From assembly GCF_009914755.1 (NCBI RefSeq), contig NC_060926.1: a DNA stretch of 64,000 nucleotides, one strand, 5' to 3'. The translations under genes were made by a program, and so were the position numbers. The DNA is from the human T2T-CHM13v2.0 reference genome, Homo sapiens. This document shows, in pieces, positions 28,435 through 46,100 of the stretch (position 1 is its first letter; the number at the start of each line of letters is the position of its first letter). The notes below the pieces were generated by a model. The model ran no database searches and was not told the origin of the DNA. It saw nothing but the letters and a program-made list of their open reading frames with translations.

Positions 28435-28960
28435 TGTTGGTTTGAATCCTCTCATCAATACCTGTCTCATTTTCATCTGTGGCTGCTGTGATTACCAGCT
28501 CTGCATGGACATTGCCAAACTTCAAGCCAGCAAATCAAGCTGAGAGAACATCTCCTGAGGTCCCTGCCTCCTGCCTCACATCTCGTACATCTTGATTACC
28601 TTGCTGAGGCTGCTCTATTGACCTTAAGCCAGCCTCACAGCAGAGAAAAGATTTCCAGAAAGACTTTTATTTATCATTCTGTGGAAGGAAACTTTGGCTA
28701 TAGTTGATGAGAATTAATTTGTCTCCCTTGTCACCTCCATGCAAAATGCAATTCTGAATAGTTTCTTAGTAGATGGTCCAGAGACTTCAAGAGATCTAGC
28801 AATTAGCTCTTAGCAAGTGGATGCTTTAGTAAGTGGCTTTGACATAGCCTCAAATGTTTCTATGTCCTTTCATAACTTAATCCTAGCCTTGTCTTGCTCT
28901 CCTGTTATTTAGAATTGCATGCAAACCTAGTATCAGGCTCTGCTTTCAGGTGAAGCTGGG

Positions 28961-28962
<2 letters not shown>
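28435..28962 (+). mobile_element. LTR33/LTR16-like ERVL LTR
   Basis: gtggctgctgtgattaccagctctgca...cctgcctcctgcctca...tcaggctctgctttcaggtgaagctgggcta. Confidence 0.5.

Positions 28963-28995
<33 letters not shown>
28962..28995. repeat. (TA)n microsatellite
   Basis: Pure TA run. Confidence 0.95.
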
Positions 28996-29000
<5 letters not shown>

Positions 29001-29398
29001 TTTTTGCATATTGACACTCTAAAAGTGTTACAGCAGCATACCCCTTCCCTGTGTTCAAGGCAATTTGATAACTTATTTCCATGCCGAGCTCATTGAGAGC
29101 TCATTATGAACATATTCTGAAGAGAGAGGGTCCCATCTGAAGTGTCATGAAGATGCCATCCTGTTCCTAAAGACATTCATTCATTGGTATGCATCTGAAA
29201 TTAGAATTATGATGAAAATAAAAATAATACTGTGTGAATTTCTATGCCAAGATGTTATATATTTTGCTAAATTTATTCCTCATATTCAATGTGTATAATG
29301 CTATGTGATTGGTAGCATAAAATAGCTTTGTTATTATTGCTTTCAAGGATTATTTTCTTTTCTGATTTTCTCTTTTAAAATGCAGCTAGTCTCTGAAC

Positions 29399-29600
29399 CA
29401 GGGGATGACAAATCCTCCCTGAAAGAACAAGTAATAAATATTTTAGGGTTTGTGGACCAAGAGGTAAAATCAAGGATATTACGTAGATATTTACATAACT
29501 ATTTAACATGTAATCATGTAAAAATAGAAAACATGGTTTTATTTGTGGGCCATATAAATTTGTAGATTGGCCAGATTTAGTCTTATAGCTTGAGAATCTC
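29399..29600 (+). mobile_element. MER58 (C-like) hAT-Charlie relic
   Basis: aataaatattttagggtttgtggaccaagaggtaaaatcaaggatattacgtag...ggccagattt. Confidence 0.7.
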
Positions 29601-29738
29601 TAAACCTAGAAAATATAAATTATTTTATATGTGTGTTATAGTTAAATAAAAAGTTCTTAAAACTCAGTCACTTAGAATAAGTAAGACTGACTTAAACTAC
29701 TTCCGATTATTTTCCTGGAGGAACCCGAAGCAAAAGAT

Positions 29739-29847
29739 CAAGGCTGATCCTGAACTGCTGCACTAGCACAGCGAGGGGGCCAGCATCCCTTCTGACTCGC
29801 TGGTCTTTCAGGATTACCACTGTTACATATTTTAAATATCACTCCTG
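29739..29847 (-). mobile_element. MER81-like hAT MITE
   Basis: Minus strand begins caggagtgatatttaaaatatgtaacagtggta and ends atcagccttg, matching the recalled MER81 termini. Confidence 0.6.
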
Positions 29848-29848
29848 A

Positions 29849-30495
29849 TACAACATACTGTACAATTCACCTTTTAAAATGTATTATTCAATAATTTTCA
29901 GTACGTTTCATTATTATTTTTAACTTGTGTTTATATATGTGTGTGTATGTGTATATACGTATGTATTTTGTTTTATATATACATATATAAAACAAAAACT
30001 GTATATCTATATACATGCACATATATACATATATATAACAAAATTGCCATTTTAACATTTATAAGGGTACAATTCAGTGGCATTAACTACCTTATGTTAT
30101 GCAACCATCACCTCTATTTCCAAAATGTTTCATGTACTCTAACAGAAACTCTGTAACCATCAAGCAATAAACTCTCAGCCCTTAGTAACTTCTAATGTAC
30201 TTTCTGTCTCTTTGGATTTGCCTATTCTAGATAAATTACAAAAGTGATATCATACAATATTCATCCTTTACTATCTTACTTATTTTACTTAACATAATGT
30301 TTTAAAATATCATCCTTGTGTTAGGATATCATTTCTTTTTATGGCTGAATAATATTCTATTATACATATATACTACATTTTGTTTATTCAATCATCCGTT
30401 GATGAACACTTAGGATGTTTTCACCTTTTGCCTACTGTGAATAATGTTGAGATAAACATTGGCCTGCAAGTATTTGTTCAAATCTCCATTTTCTT
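29849..30495 (-). mobile_element. L1MB4-like 3' end
   Basis: gtacaattcagtggcattaa...tgcaaccatcacctctatttccaaaa...tttatggctgaataatattc...gttgatgaacactt. Confidence 0.8.
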
Positions 30496-30569
30496 GTGTG
30501 ATTTTTTAAAAAATTAGAATAAATTTAATTGTCGTGATATCTTATCATACCTTTTGATCATCATAACAA

Positions 30570-30785
30570 CCTAAACATACTTGTTGAGTGCTTACTATTT
30601 GCCCAGCATTGTGCTACACCTTTCATCTCTTTTATCTCATTTAATGCTGGTAGTTGCTCAATAAGGTCAGTGTTATAAGACTCATTCTACAGACTGATGA
30701 CTGACCTCTCATGTAAAACGATTTGAGAAAGGCCATATAACCAATAAGTAGCATAAGCAAACTTCAAATCTAGGTCAGTTCTGAG
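30570..30785 (-). mobile_element. MIR
   Basis: ttgagtgcttactatttgcccagcattgtgcta...tatctcatttaat...cattctacaga. Confidence 0.7.
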
Positions 30786-31849
30786 AGAACCCTCTATGAT
30801 ATAAGAGGCACAGAAATTCTGCAATTGGAACTACTCTCTGCTTCCACAAATTCAGAGGCCTGGGAGTTGGAAGAGATTCCCTGAAAGTTGTCTATTTACT
30901 AATAATTTATTTAATTAATTGATACATTCAAATATATATGCATTTACCAATTTACATGAACAGAAAAGATATCTGCCCTCACAGCCACCCTCTGTCCTAC
31001 ACCGAAGAGATGAACACCTCTAACAATTTCTTGTATTAGTTTTTCTGTTGTCTAAGAGTAGAATTCCAAATATTATGCTCTCTAATTTCTTGAGTTTATT
31101 TATTTCACCAAAATATCTATTGACTCAGCATAGACCATTTTGTTGGTTATAGTTTTAATTATTCCACTGTGTACATATATAGCCATAAATAATACATATA
31201 AATATACATGTATGTTATAAGAATTACAGCACTCATTTAAGAAGAGTGGGTTAGGTTCCCTCCACTACCTATGATTTCAACCTTCTTTTATGATTCTCAA
31301 CTTCACATTACTTTAACATCATCAGTTTATGCAACTCTAATTCTTCTTTGTTTTGCCTATAGATTAATTCTAAAACAATAATAATAAGTTCAAATGTATG
31401 ATTACATAAGTATCATTTAGACTCACATGGGGTTATTAGAACTATGCAGTAAGAATGCAAATATCTTAATCTGTGACATTTTGAGAACAAATATTTGTCA
31501 TTATTTTTCTATAACGCATCAACTCAAAAATCCTACTCAAAAATCATACACAATCAATTCTACTATATATTGTACACTATATATTGTATCATTAATCTTA
31601 CTCACAGCTTTTATAGTAAAAGCTTAAATTTAAATATTAAAGGTGTCTTTAATTTTCTACAGAAAAAAATTAAATGTCTTCTTAATGTAAGATCTTCATC
31701 TAGCTTTTCAATTATATTGAGTATTGAATGGTAAAGTATAAGCTTATTTTCTAAGTCTTTCAAACAGTTGTCATTTCAGAAATTCTTCTATCGCATCCCT
31801 GTTTTAATATGATTCTTTCATGTATTCTATCTTCCCCTGTCTTGGTTTT

Positions 31850-32240
31850 ATTTTTGTTTTGATTTAGTAATTTCTAAAGAATTTCTGAGACCCCAGAAGT
31901 ATGAAAATATCTTTATTTTACTCTCATACTTTATGAATAGTTTGATTTGGTAGAGAGGTCTTCATTCAAAGTCAGTCTCTCACAGACCTTTGGAGATGAT
32001 GTCCCATTGCCTTTTTGAATTCAATATTCCTGGTGAAAAATATGATACGTGTTTGGTTGTAAGTAACCTAGGTTTTCTTCACTGGAGAATTTTCTACTAA
32101 TTTTATATTTTTAAATTCTGTATTCTAAAATTTCCTGAGAATGCATTTGATTTTTTAAAAAATTTCCCTGTCCAACAATCTGTGTGTTTTTAATATGAAG
32201 ATATATGTACTATCTCAATTCTAGGAAATTATTTTTTATA
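31850..32240 (-). mobile_element. Ancient L1M/HAL1 fragment
   Basis: ctttattttactctcatactt...gaatagtttg...cccattgcctttttg...caattctaggaaatt. Confidence 0.45.
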
Positions 32241-32995
32241 ATTTTGAAATTATACAATGGGAGGTCAGTAACTAGCAAGTCATGTATTAATACATGGGTC
32301 AACACAGGAGCTGCAGAGAAATCCAGATAAAGGATTAGAAACAGAAGGCTCAGGTTGACTATCAAAGAATGTGTTAACATCTGAAAAAAAGCTGGCCATA
32401 TAAGCTATAATTCTGATAGTTAGACCTGGATTTATTTAAGGATGTTCCAATGTGGGCTGAGCACAGCTGTGGATAATGAGCACAGAAGCAGGTCCTGGGA
32501 ATGACTGTCATCCTATAAGGTGTATCAGCCATTGGGAAAAAGAGATTGAAAAACAAACTTGAATTATTGAGAAAATTCCCAGTGGCTGTTGAACTTATAT
32601 GTTCTTAGACAGGTCAGTGTATCTTTAATTCTGAGAAATGGGTAAGATAAAACAGACATCCCAACTAGCATGCAAAGGTAAGGACAAGGCTCAGAAATGA
32701 AATAAGTACCAGGATATCAGCCCTAGCATAGAGCATCCTATGACTGCTGAATAAAGTGATGTCCTGTCCTCGAATGTGAGGCCATTCTACTTTAATACCT
32801 TCTGCTTCAGGCTTCCTAGTTTCATAAAAATTGGTCTTAGTCAACATATCTGGATGAAATAGAATTGTAAAAGTAGAATCAACAAAATAGGATGGCTCCA
32901 AAGGTATCTAGAAGTACAAGAATACAAAATAAAAATAAGAGTTGCCTAGGGTTAGTGGTTAACAAGGCTCAAGTGTCCAAAGGTGGCCCTTGGCT

Positions 32996-33083
32996 TGGAA
33001 AATACATATAATATATGTAATAAGGATTCTTTTTCTTTTATGGAAAAAATATATAATATATGTAATAAGGATTATTTTTCTTA
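32996..33083. repeat. Tandem duplication of a 45-bp unit
   Basis: tggaaaa..atataatatatgtaataaggatt.tttttctt occurs at 32996 and 33041. Confidence 0.9.
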
Positions 33084-33339
33084 CTCTATTATGAATTTAC
33101 CATTTAGTTCAAACATGCAAAAATCCTTAGTATTGATAAATCTTCAGAAATATCTTTTCACCATATCATTCCTTTTGACATTTTTCCTTTTTCTAATGAC
33201 AAGAAGATGAGTGATATTTAGAGATTTTCCACTGGCAAAAGGTTCCATGAATAATAACATTTGAGATGCATAAACTCAGGAAATTCTGTCAGCAGTTACT
33301 TTCTTATGTAAGATTACTTGAAGTGCTGAATTTCCATTT

Positions 33340-33500
33340 TTGAGTATCAGAACTAGAATCTAAGGATAGAGGTTCCATCACACGTTAACCATAAATGGTT
33401 CAGGGTTACTTACATAACTTTACCGAGCCCCAGTTTCCTTATCAGTATTATTACGGTAATAGCAAATAGGTTCAAGAGTTGTAATTCATGAAGGATGTAA
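33340..33500 (+). mobile_element. MIR fragment
   Basis: ttacataactttaccgagccccagtttccttatcagta. Confidence 0.5.
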
Positions 33501-35069
33501 TATAAGTTTACTATTGGTATTTTATTTTTCAAAGGCCAAAGCTTACACATGATAGACACCACTATGATTAATAACAGACTTTGCATAAATATTTGGTTAA
33601 GTCATTGAATCTGTGCTCTGTCTAGATTCTGTTATGCTCCATAGAGTACAGATACGTTTTGTGTCTTTTGAGCAGGGAGTTATCCGAGTTAAACTCAAAG
33701 TCTAAGCTCTTTCTCCCTTGTAGCAGGCAGAAGCCGAACTCTTTGTTCAGTTCTTTTCCATTTAGCTGGGTTTTCTGGAGTTTGTTACACACATTTGTAC
33801 GGCATAGGTTACCAGATCACTGGACAGTGTTTATGTCTCACTTTCAAGCTGCCGTGGTCACCAGGAACGCTATCCTCTCATTTCTCAAGCAATAAGAATA
33901 TATTTTCTTTTCCTTCATTATAGCCAGCCATAGAAGCAACATCTGGGAACTGCACCTAGATGAAAAGTCATAAAATGGAAAACCTGACCCATGACTCAGA
34001 CAAAAAGCCATAAAAGCAGGAAACTTCCAGTGTTGCCACTTTTCTAGATTTTGCCTGCATCTGGCAACTCTCTAGTGACTTTAGATATTTTAAAAGTATT
34101 TTGACTAGTATTTTTAATTGTTTTGGGAAAGATGGTTGATCTGATATGAAATACTCAGCCATTACTGGAAACAGTAATTCAGATTTATTTCTAATGCAAC
34201 ATTTCTGAAGCTTTTATTATAATGATTGCTTTTCTTGGAATATAACCTATACACATTAACAATTACTCTACAGTATTTAGAGGTAGTGATAAAATATTCA
34301 ACTTTCTCTGCCATTTTATCAAAATAGGTCAATAATAAATATAAATGGGTTGACATGCCTTCTCCACATGACAGCTAGCATATAGCAAGTATAGAATTAT
34401 ATGTGGACCTTCATTACTTATCCTGTCTTATCAAATTTCTCAGTGTGGGTATGAGGTCTGTGATTAAAAGAGATTGACCCATCACAGCAATATAAAGTTA
34501 TGAGAGGTAACATGATCTTAAAGGCACTTGACTAATTTGAAATATTCTTTCACTAAAATAGAAAAAATGATTAAGCCTACAGCAGAAATCAGGTAGGATT
34601 ATCTATCTTATCAATACTTTTTTTTTTCATGTGGAGGGAGGCTTTGTTGTAAACGGTTCTTAAAGGTCAGACAAATGATGGTTCAGTGCTGACTGCTTAA
34701 AAGGCTATCATGCAATAAACAGTAAAGTCTCCAGAGGAAAACTTTGGCTGTCCAAAGACTGATGCTGAGAACTTTCAAATTTTGGTAAGTTTTTATTTTT
34801 ATATTTCTGAAGTTGCTAAAGTTTAGAGCTGCTTCAATACTTTTAGAAAACCCTGAATTAAACTTTCCATACTGGAATTTATTATAATCATTTGCTTATG
34901 TGTCTTTTTATATGATAAATTATAACTATCTTGAAGGAAGTGCCTGTATTATATTTATCTTCTTTATTGTCTGGACCATAATGGGACCCAGAATATGTTA
35001 GAAGCCCAATAAATAATATTATTCATTGATGAAATAAATGAGTAAATGTGGGCCAGGTAGTGAGGTAGT

Positions 35070-35173
35070 GTGTGAATACATATATACTATGTACTGTGTG
35101 TGTGCATATATATATATATATATAGTGTGTGTGTGTGTGTACATATATACTATATACTATAGTGTGTGTGTGT
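35070..35173. repeat. Compound (TA)n/(TG)n microsatellite
   Basis: Alternating TA and TG runs directly visible. Confidence 0.85.
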
Positions 35174-35769
35174 CACCTTTATTTATCTGAACAAAGATAA
35201 ACTTGACTTTTCATATTAGGAGTGCCTTAAATCACAAATGGTTGTAGGCCAATGTGAGGTGGCAGGCCAGCAAGAATATTAGAATGCTACAATCTGGGAA
35301 CTTACAACAAACTCTACATTGGTAACTCTACACTTCCAACATCAAAGACAAGACATTCCTGAAAGTGAGAAACCAAAACTTTCTCCCTTTCTTAATCCTT
35401 GTTTTGTTTAGAGCAAACCTATGGAGCTATAGGCTCAAAGCTCAGGCTGTGAATTGGATACTATACTGAAAGTATATCCTTGCATTTCCTGATTCATAAA
35501 CTAGCATTTCCTTTATTCAGCCTTCATATATGTGTGTTTCTGGGCCTATACAAACAGTATGGCCTGGCTCTTGAATTCCATGATTAAAGTAGCAGCAACA
35601 CACTTGCACTACTGATGAGAATATCCTTTTTATAAAGAGATTCACAGTAGATTGAGATAAATCCATTCTTTCTTGGTATAGATGATACTAATAAAAAAAC
35701 CAGTGAATAAATTGAAAGATATCTATTTTTACTGGGGATGGATTAAATGGCTCTAAGAAGTACACAATC

Positions 35770-36010
35770 AGAGGTAGAACGATATTTTAAAAATACGTGA
35801 GCTTTAGAATATTTCAGTCATGATTTTGAATAGTGCCCAAATCACTTACAATCTATGGGATTGGATCAAAGCTATCCAGATTATGTGAACTCATTTCTTT
35901 TATCGTGAAAGTAAATATGGCAATATTAGTTTTAAAAGTTGTTGAGTAGGATCATAAATGATACGGATAAAATACAATCAGGCATATACAGACTCTCTAT
36001 AAATAAATGA
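35770..36010 (+). mobile_element. MIR
   Basis: gagctttagaat...aatcacttaca...ctcatttcttttatcgtgaaa...gttgttgagtaggatcataaatgata. Confidence 0.45.
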
Positions 36011-39000
36011 TTCTGCTATTAGTCTGTCTGTGCAGTTCATTGCTGTTTTAAATAAACACTCAAATTACGTGTCAATCCCCTGATACTCTAACCAACAAGG
36101 AACTGGTTTTGATGTCCAATTTCTTAACAATAAAATTACCTCGATGTAATTGCAACAATATATGATATTTTCTCTCATTTGCCTGGTAATTTGTATATTT
36201 GTTGATTAGGGAAATACCTACAAGTGAAAGAGGTAGCTAGAAATTAATATCACATCAAAAGGAAATTTAGAATTGAGAAGTTTCAGCCATATTCAGGTGA
36301 AAATCTTCCTGTATATTGATAAAAAAGTGCAATCACTTTATTCAACCAAGACTGAAATTGAACATTTTAAGTATATTTTCAATTTTATTTTGAAGAGGGT
36401 TTTTATTTAAAAATATTTATGAGGCTGTAATAGAGACGTAGAGACACAGTTTGATTGTATGAACTGCTTTTATGTAAACTGAAGGACAAGGAATTCATGA
36501 AAACATGATCAGGGAATAGTTATATTCCAAGGCTCTTAGAAAGCTATAAATTGCATGGCAGTTTCTAAGCCAAAAAATGAAAACCTAGTAAAACGTGTTG
36601 AAATAATCTTGTTGGTTCTCAGGCGTGTTCCCAAACCTGTGACAGTGTTTTATTACTAAAAAGAAAAATTCAAGTTCAAAATGAATATCTCTCAACTTCC
36701 AAATCAAGCTAGATAAGAAATAACTTTGTAAATCTATTTGAAATTATATTATTGAATTTTCATCAAGTGCTCCTGACTTACCAGGATGGCCATGATAACG
36801 GTGCTCTTATGAGTTCTAAACTCTTGGTTATTTCTTGAAAGGGTTATATAATATAAAATGATATTTAATCTTATGTCAATCTAAAATTAATCTTAATTTA
36901 ATTAAAAACATTAAATTTAATATTATAAAAATTACATAATGAATATTGAGATTTATAAATGTCTGCTGTTTTATGGGCAAAACAAAAGAATCAATCATGT
37001 AAAATAGAATATTTCTGTATCAGAGCTATTATGGTCTCCATTTAGTGAAAACATTTCAGAGAACAATAGAGTTAGAAATAATATTAATGATACTGAATCT
37101 GACATCCTCATCTTATCAATGAGAGCACCCAGTATTTGGGGCAAATTTGACTCAAGAACAACAGAACTTTATTCCCAGTATAGCACACAGAACTTATAAA
37201 AACATAGAGTTCTGGATTTTTCTAGGTAATTTGGGAAGTTCTAACTTGAAAGTAGTTGAGAGTGGTATGTATACAATCTTGATTTGAATGTAAGTCAGAA
37301 AAAGCATTTTTGTAAGGCAATTCAGAATGGTGACTAGCAAAAATTGTGGCAATATATAATAATTTTCTTGCATTTGTGGCAAGGAATCATAGAAATATTG
37401 TCTTAGTCAAAACTACTCATACTTAAATGGCTGAGATGGGCAAACATTATCTTCATCCTACATTTAAAGGGTTCCCAGATATATAAGTATTGACAGAAGG
37501 CAAAGATTGTCTTCCAATTAAGATGAAAGGGTCAGATATTAATTTTCCTAGCATTTGTAGCTAGGATATAGGCATGTGGCTTTGAATTAATTTGATGTGC
37601 GAGCTCACCACACAGAATATTTGCCTCAGAAATCTCTTTTGGTGTTGATGAGAGCATGCTATGGAGAGCTCAGAAGGAAGAGTGAAACAATCTGCAGCAT
37701 GTGGCTTCTAACTGAAGCATGTGTCTTCTAACAGTGAAGATGCCATTGTCTTTACCAGAATGGTGGGTAGCAGGATTGTGACCATGGATTCTGTAGCTTA
37801 CCTTATCCTTCCATAAACTAACCTACAGCTTTTAAATAATTTTCTTGTGTATGTGTCTATATATTATATTGTATTTATGTAATTATATATGCACAATATA
37901 TAAGTATAGAATTATTATACATGATTATATATATAATCCTCATGTGTGTATGTATATATATATATAAAATACAGCCATATTCCATTTTTATGGCATAAAT
38001 ATAAAAACCATGGTGAGTGCAAGAGTGTCTCAGTACAAGCAACATATATATATGTTAAAAGTTTAATAACTATTCAGCTATTTCCTATAATAGATTTTCA
38101 AGGCACAATCCCATTGACTTGGGAATTTACACAAAAACAATTACAATGTTTGTCATTTTTTCTAATCCAAGCAAACATGTTTGTCCTTTCTTCAAAGTTT
38201 GTTTCTGACTGTCCTCTTTGAACCTTTTTTGGTATATTATTATGCCTTTATTCTATATATAAAATAATTCCTAGTTTAGGAAATTGCTAGAAGAAATAAA
38301 TGAGGTCGATATCATGCACCACATCAATTTAGCTATTTGGACTTCTCGGTAAGCAAATTATGCTATGTATTTTCGATGATGGTCAACGATTTCATTTGGC
38401 TACTTTGTCTAATGGTATATGTAGACAAACTACCAGATAACAACTACTATTAGCCCTCTTCCTTATTGAAGAATCACTCAGTCTTGAAGTTCTGCTCTTC
38501 ATTTTCAGCTGTATCAAATCAGCATTGTTTGCTTCCTCATGTTCTTTAGCACTTTCTCAGTGTGTCCCTCAGAGCCCTGTGGCCCAGCATCAAACAGTAT
38601 AAAGTACTTATAAAAGGAGGCTCATGTTTATTTCTTAGGCGTTCCTAAGTATTTTAAATAAATTGCTGAAAATATTTCCAATTTTGTGAAAACTTTAAGT
38701 CCTCAGACCCAATTGAAAGGAGTTAGCCAGCTTGCTTTAGGCAGACAGTAAGAGAAGTGTCTGCAGAAAACCTCCAACCTGTGTTTTGGGCAAATAAGGG
38801 AACTTGCACAGGGGGCTTGCTTAAACATGCCCCCAGAAGACTAAGGACCTGCATGTGCACTGGGGGGAATTGGGTGGAGCCACCAGGAATTCACACCTTG
38901 TGCAAACAGTGAACCCAGCCCCATCAGCTTTTACATAAAAGCACTTGTATTCAACTGTGAAGGGGGCAACTGGCAACCTGCTTTTCAGGACCCCTTTCTC

Positions 39001-39259
39001 TGTTAAGAGCTTTCCTTTTGCTTAATAAATTATATCTTTTTATAATTATTTTATTTTCAGTTCTGGGATACATGTGCAGAATGCGCAGGTTTGTTACATA
39101 GGTATACATGTGCCATGGTGGTTTGCTGCACCTATCAACCCATCATTTAGGTTTTAAGCCCTGCATACATTAGCTATTTGTCCTGATGCTATCCCTCCCC
39201 TCGCCCCCACCCCAACAGGCCACAGTGTGTGTTGTTCCCCTCCCTGTGTCCATGTGTTC

Positions 39260-43399
<4,140 letters not shown>

Positions 43400-43459
43400 G
43401 ATGCTAACTAGTTAATTTGCACACTAGTTAATGCAGTTTCTCCATAGTTTCGTTGGTCT

Positions 43460-44475
43460 TTATATTTTTGTATGTTTTGCAAGGGCTGATACTGGCGTTT
43501 CCTTTCCATATTTAGTGCTTCTTTCAGGAGCTCTTGCTAGGCAGGACTGATGGTAATGAATTCCCTCATTATTGCTTTTCTGAAAAGGATTTTATTTCTC
43601 CCTCACTTATGAAGCTTAGTTAGGCCAGATATGCAATTCTGGGTTGAAAATTCTTTTCTTTAATAATGTTGAATGTTGGCCCCAACTCTGTTATGGCTTG
43701 TAGGGTTTCTGCTGAGAGATTCACTGTGAGTCTGATGGGCTTCCCTTTGTAGGTTACCTGGCCTTTCTCTCTGGCTGCCCTTAACATTTTCTTCTTCATT
43801 TTGACCTGATGATTATGTGTCTTGGGTTTGATCTCGTGGAGTATCTTAGTGGGGATCTCTGTATTTCCTGAATTTCAGTGTTGCTCTATCTTGCTAGGTT
43901 GGGGAAGTTCTCCTGGATAATATCCTGAAGTGTGTTTTCCAATTTGGTTCCATTCTCCCTTTCTCTTTCAGTTACTCGAATCAGTTGTAGGTTTAGTTTT
44001 TTTACATAGTCCCATATTTCTTGGAGGTCCTGTTTGTTCCTTTTCATTCTCTTGTATCTAATCTTGTCTGCCTGCTTTATTTCAGCAAGATAGTCTTCCA
44101 TCTCTGATATTCTTTCTTCCACTTGATCGATTCAGGTATTGATACTTGGGTATGCTTCACAAAGTTCTCATGTTGTGTTTTTCAGATACGTTAGGTCATT
44201 TATGTTCCTCTCTAAACTGGTTATTCTAGTTAGCAGCTCCTCTGACCTTTTATCAACATTCTTAGCTTCTTTATTGGGTTAGAACATGCTCCTTTACCTC
44301 AGTGAAGTTGTTATTACCCACTTTCTGAAGCCTACTTCTGCCAATTCATCCATCTTATCCTCTGTCTAGTTTTCAGCCCTTCCTGGAGAGATGTTGCAAT
44401 CATTTGGAGGAGAAGAGGCATTCTGGGTTTTTGGGTTTTCAGTGTTTTTTCATTGATTATTTCTCATCTTCATGA
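43460..44475 (-). pseudogene. L1 ORF1 remnant
   Basis: Fragment EERISEMED...LQEIWDYVKK.NL...ENGTKLENTLQDIIQENFPNLAR. Confidence 0.85.
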
Positions 44476-45879
44476 GTTTGTCTAGTTTCAATCTTTGAGG
44501 CTGCTGACCCTCGGATGAGGTTTTTTGGGGACTTTTTTTGTTGATGCTTTTTTTTTCTTTTTGTTTGTTTTCTTTTATAGTTAGGTTCCTCTTCTGTAGG
44601 TCTGCTGTGGTTTCCTGGGGGTTCACTTCAGACTCTATTCATCTAGTTTGCTCCTGTGCCTGCAGATGTCACTGGAGGAGCCTGGAGGACAGCAAAGATG
44701 GGTTTCTGCTCCTTCCTCTGGGATCTCTGACCTCAGGGTCACTGACCTGATGCCAGTAGGAATGCTACTATATAGGATGTCTGACAACCCCTGTTTGGGG
44801 GTCTCACCTAGTTAGGTGGCATAGGAAGCAGGACCCATTTAATGAGGCACTTTGCTGTCCCTTGTGCTGCACTGAGGGGAACACCATTCATCTGGGCTGC
44901 CAAGATTACTCAGAGCTAGCAGGAGGAAAGACTAAGTCTGCTGCTCTGCAGAGACTATGGCCATCCCTCCCCCTAGGGGTTCAGGCCCAGGGAGATCAGA
45001 GTTCTGTCCCTGAGCTCCTCACTGGAGTTGGAGTTCCTGCAGGAAGGCCCTACAGCCACAGTGTTGACTGCGGCCCCTCCCCTAAAAAGCTCAGATGGCT
45101 TAGACTTCAGGCAGCCACAGCAGTGGTTATGGTACCCCCTCCCCCAAGAAACTCTCAGGCTGAGGCCAATTCTAGCCAAGTGGGTGTTGAGAATCTGTGT
45201 GGCTCTGTGGTTGGGGCCCAAGGCCTCAGTGGCTTGGGCTTCCGAGTGGGATCTTCTGATCCGTGTCTTGCACAGTTCTGTGGAAAAATCATGGTTCCCC
45301 AGCCTTCATAGCCTGTTCACTCACTGCCTCCCTTGGCTGGTGGTGTGGAGTCTTCTGCTCTATGTGGCTCTCAGGTGGGCTGCCATACCACACTGCTCTT
45401 CCTTCCTCTCTGTGGGTCATGCCAGCCACCTAGTCAGTCCTAATGTCAGAACCTGGATATCTCGGTTTGCTGTGCAGGATTCACATGCTGTTTTGGATCT
45501 TTTTGATGAGAACCTCCGATTGCCTCTGCTTCTAGTTGGCCATCTTGATGCTATCTCTGCTTAATAAACTGTACTCCACTCACTCTATGGGGTCCACATG
45601 TCTAATTTTTCCTGGACATGAGACAAGAACCTGGACCTAGCTGAGCCTTTAGCAAAAATTCTGCATCACGATGAGGCCGAAGAAACTTAAGCAGGATGAA
45701 CACAAAGAAAACCACACCACATCACATTATAATCAAATTACTGAAAACCAATGATAAAGAAAAAATCTTAAAAGCACCCTGAGAAAATTATGAGACAGCT
45801 TAAAATTTAAGGAACAACTTAAAATTTAAATATGTGCAGTATAATACTTCTTAAATAATACTGATTTAGTAAGACATGG

Positions 45880-46100
45880 ATACTTTTGATTTTATAAGAT
45901 AGTATCTTTATTTTTGGATATCCATGCTGAAGTACTTAAGGGTGAAATATCATGATATCTGAAACTTACTTTCAAACAGTTTGGCAAAATAATATAGATA
46001 ACTAGCTAGCTAGCTAGGTAAAGTATTAACAAGGGCAAATGGGTATACATTGTAGTATGCCTTTAACTTTTCTGCAAGTTTGAGAATTTCATTTGAAATA
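45880..46100 (+). mobile_element. L1ME 3' end fragment
   Basis: catgctgaagtacttaagggtgaaatatcatgatatctgaaacttactttcaaa...aacttttctgcaagtttgag. Confidence 0.6.

Noticed and set aside
27632-29832. Staggered-break inversion between the two inverted copies
   Set aside because: The right copy is continuous with its neighbours on both sides (L1 body and complete MER81), which fits a simple duplicative insertion better.
34700-34790. Plus-strand donor-like TG|GTAAGT at ~34784
   Set aside because: No convincing paired acceptor or other plus-strand exon; isolated GTAAGT hexamers are common.
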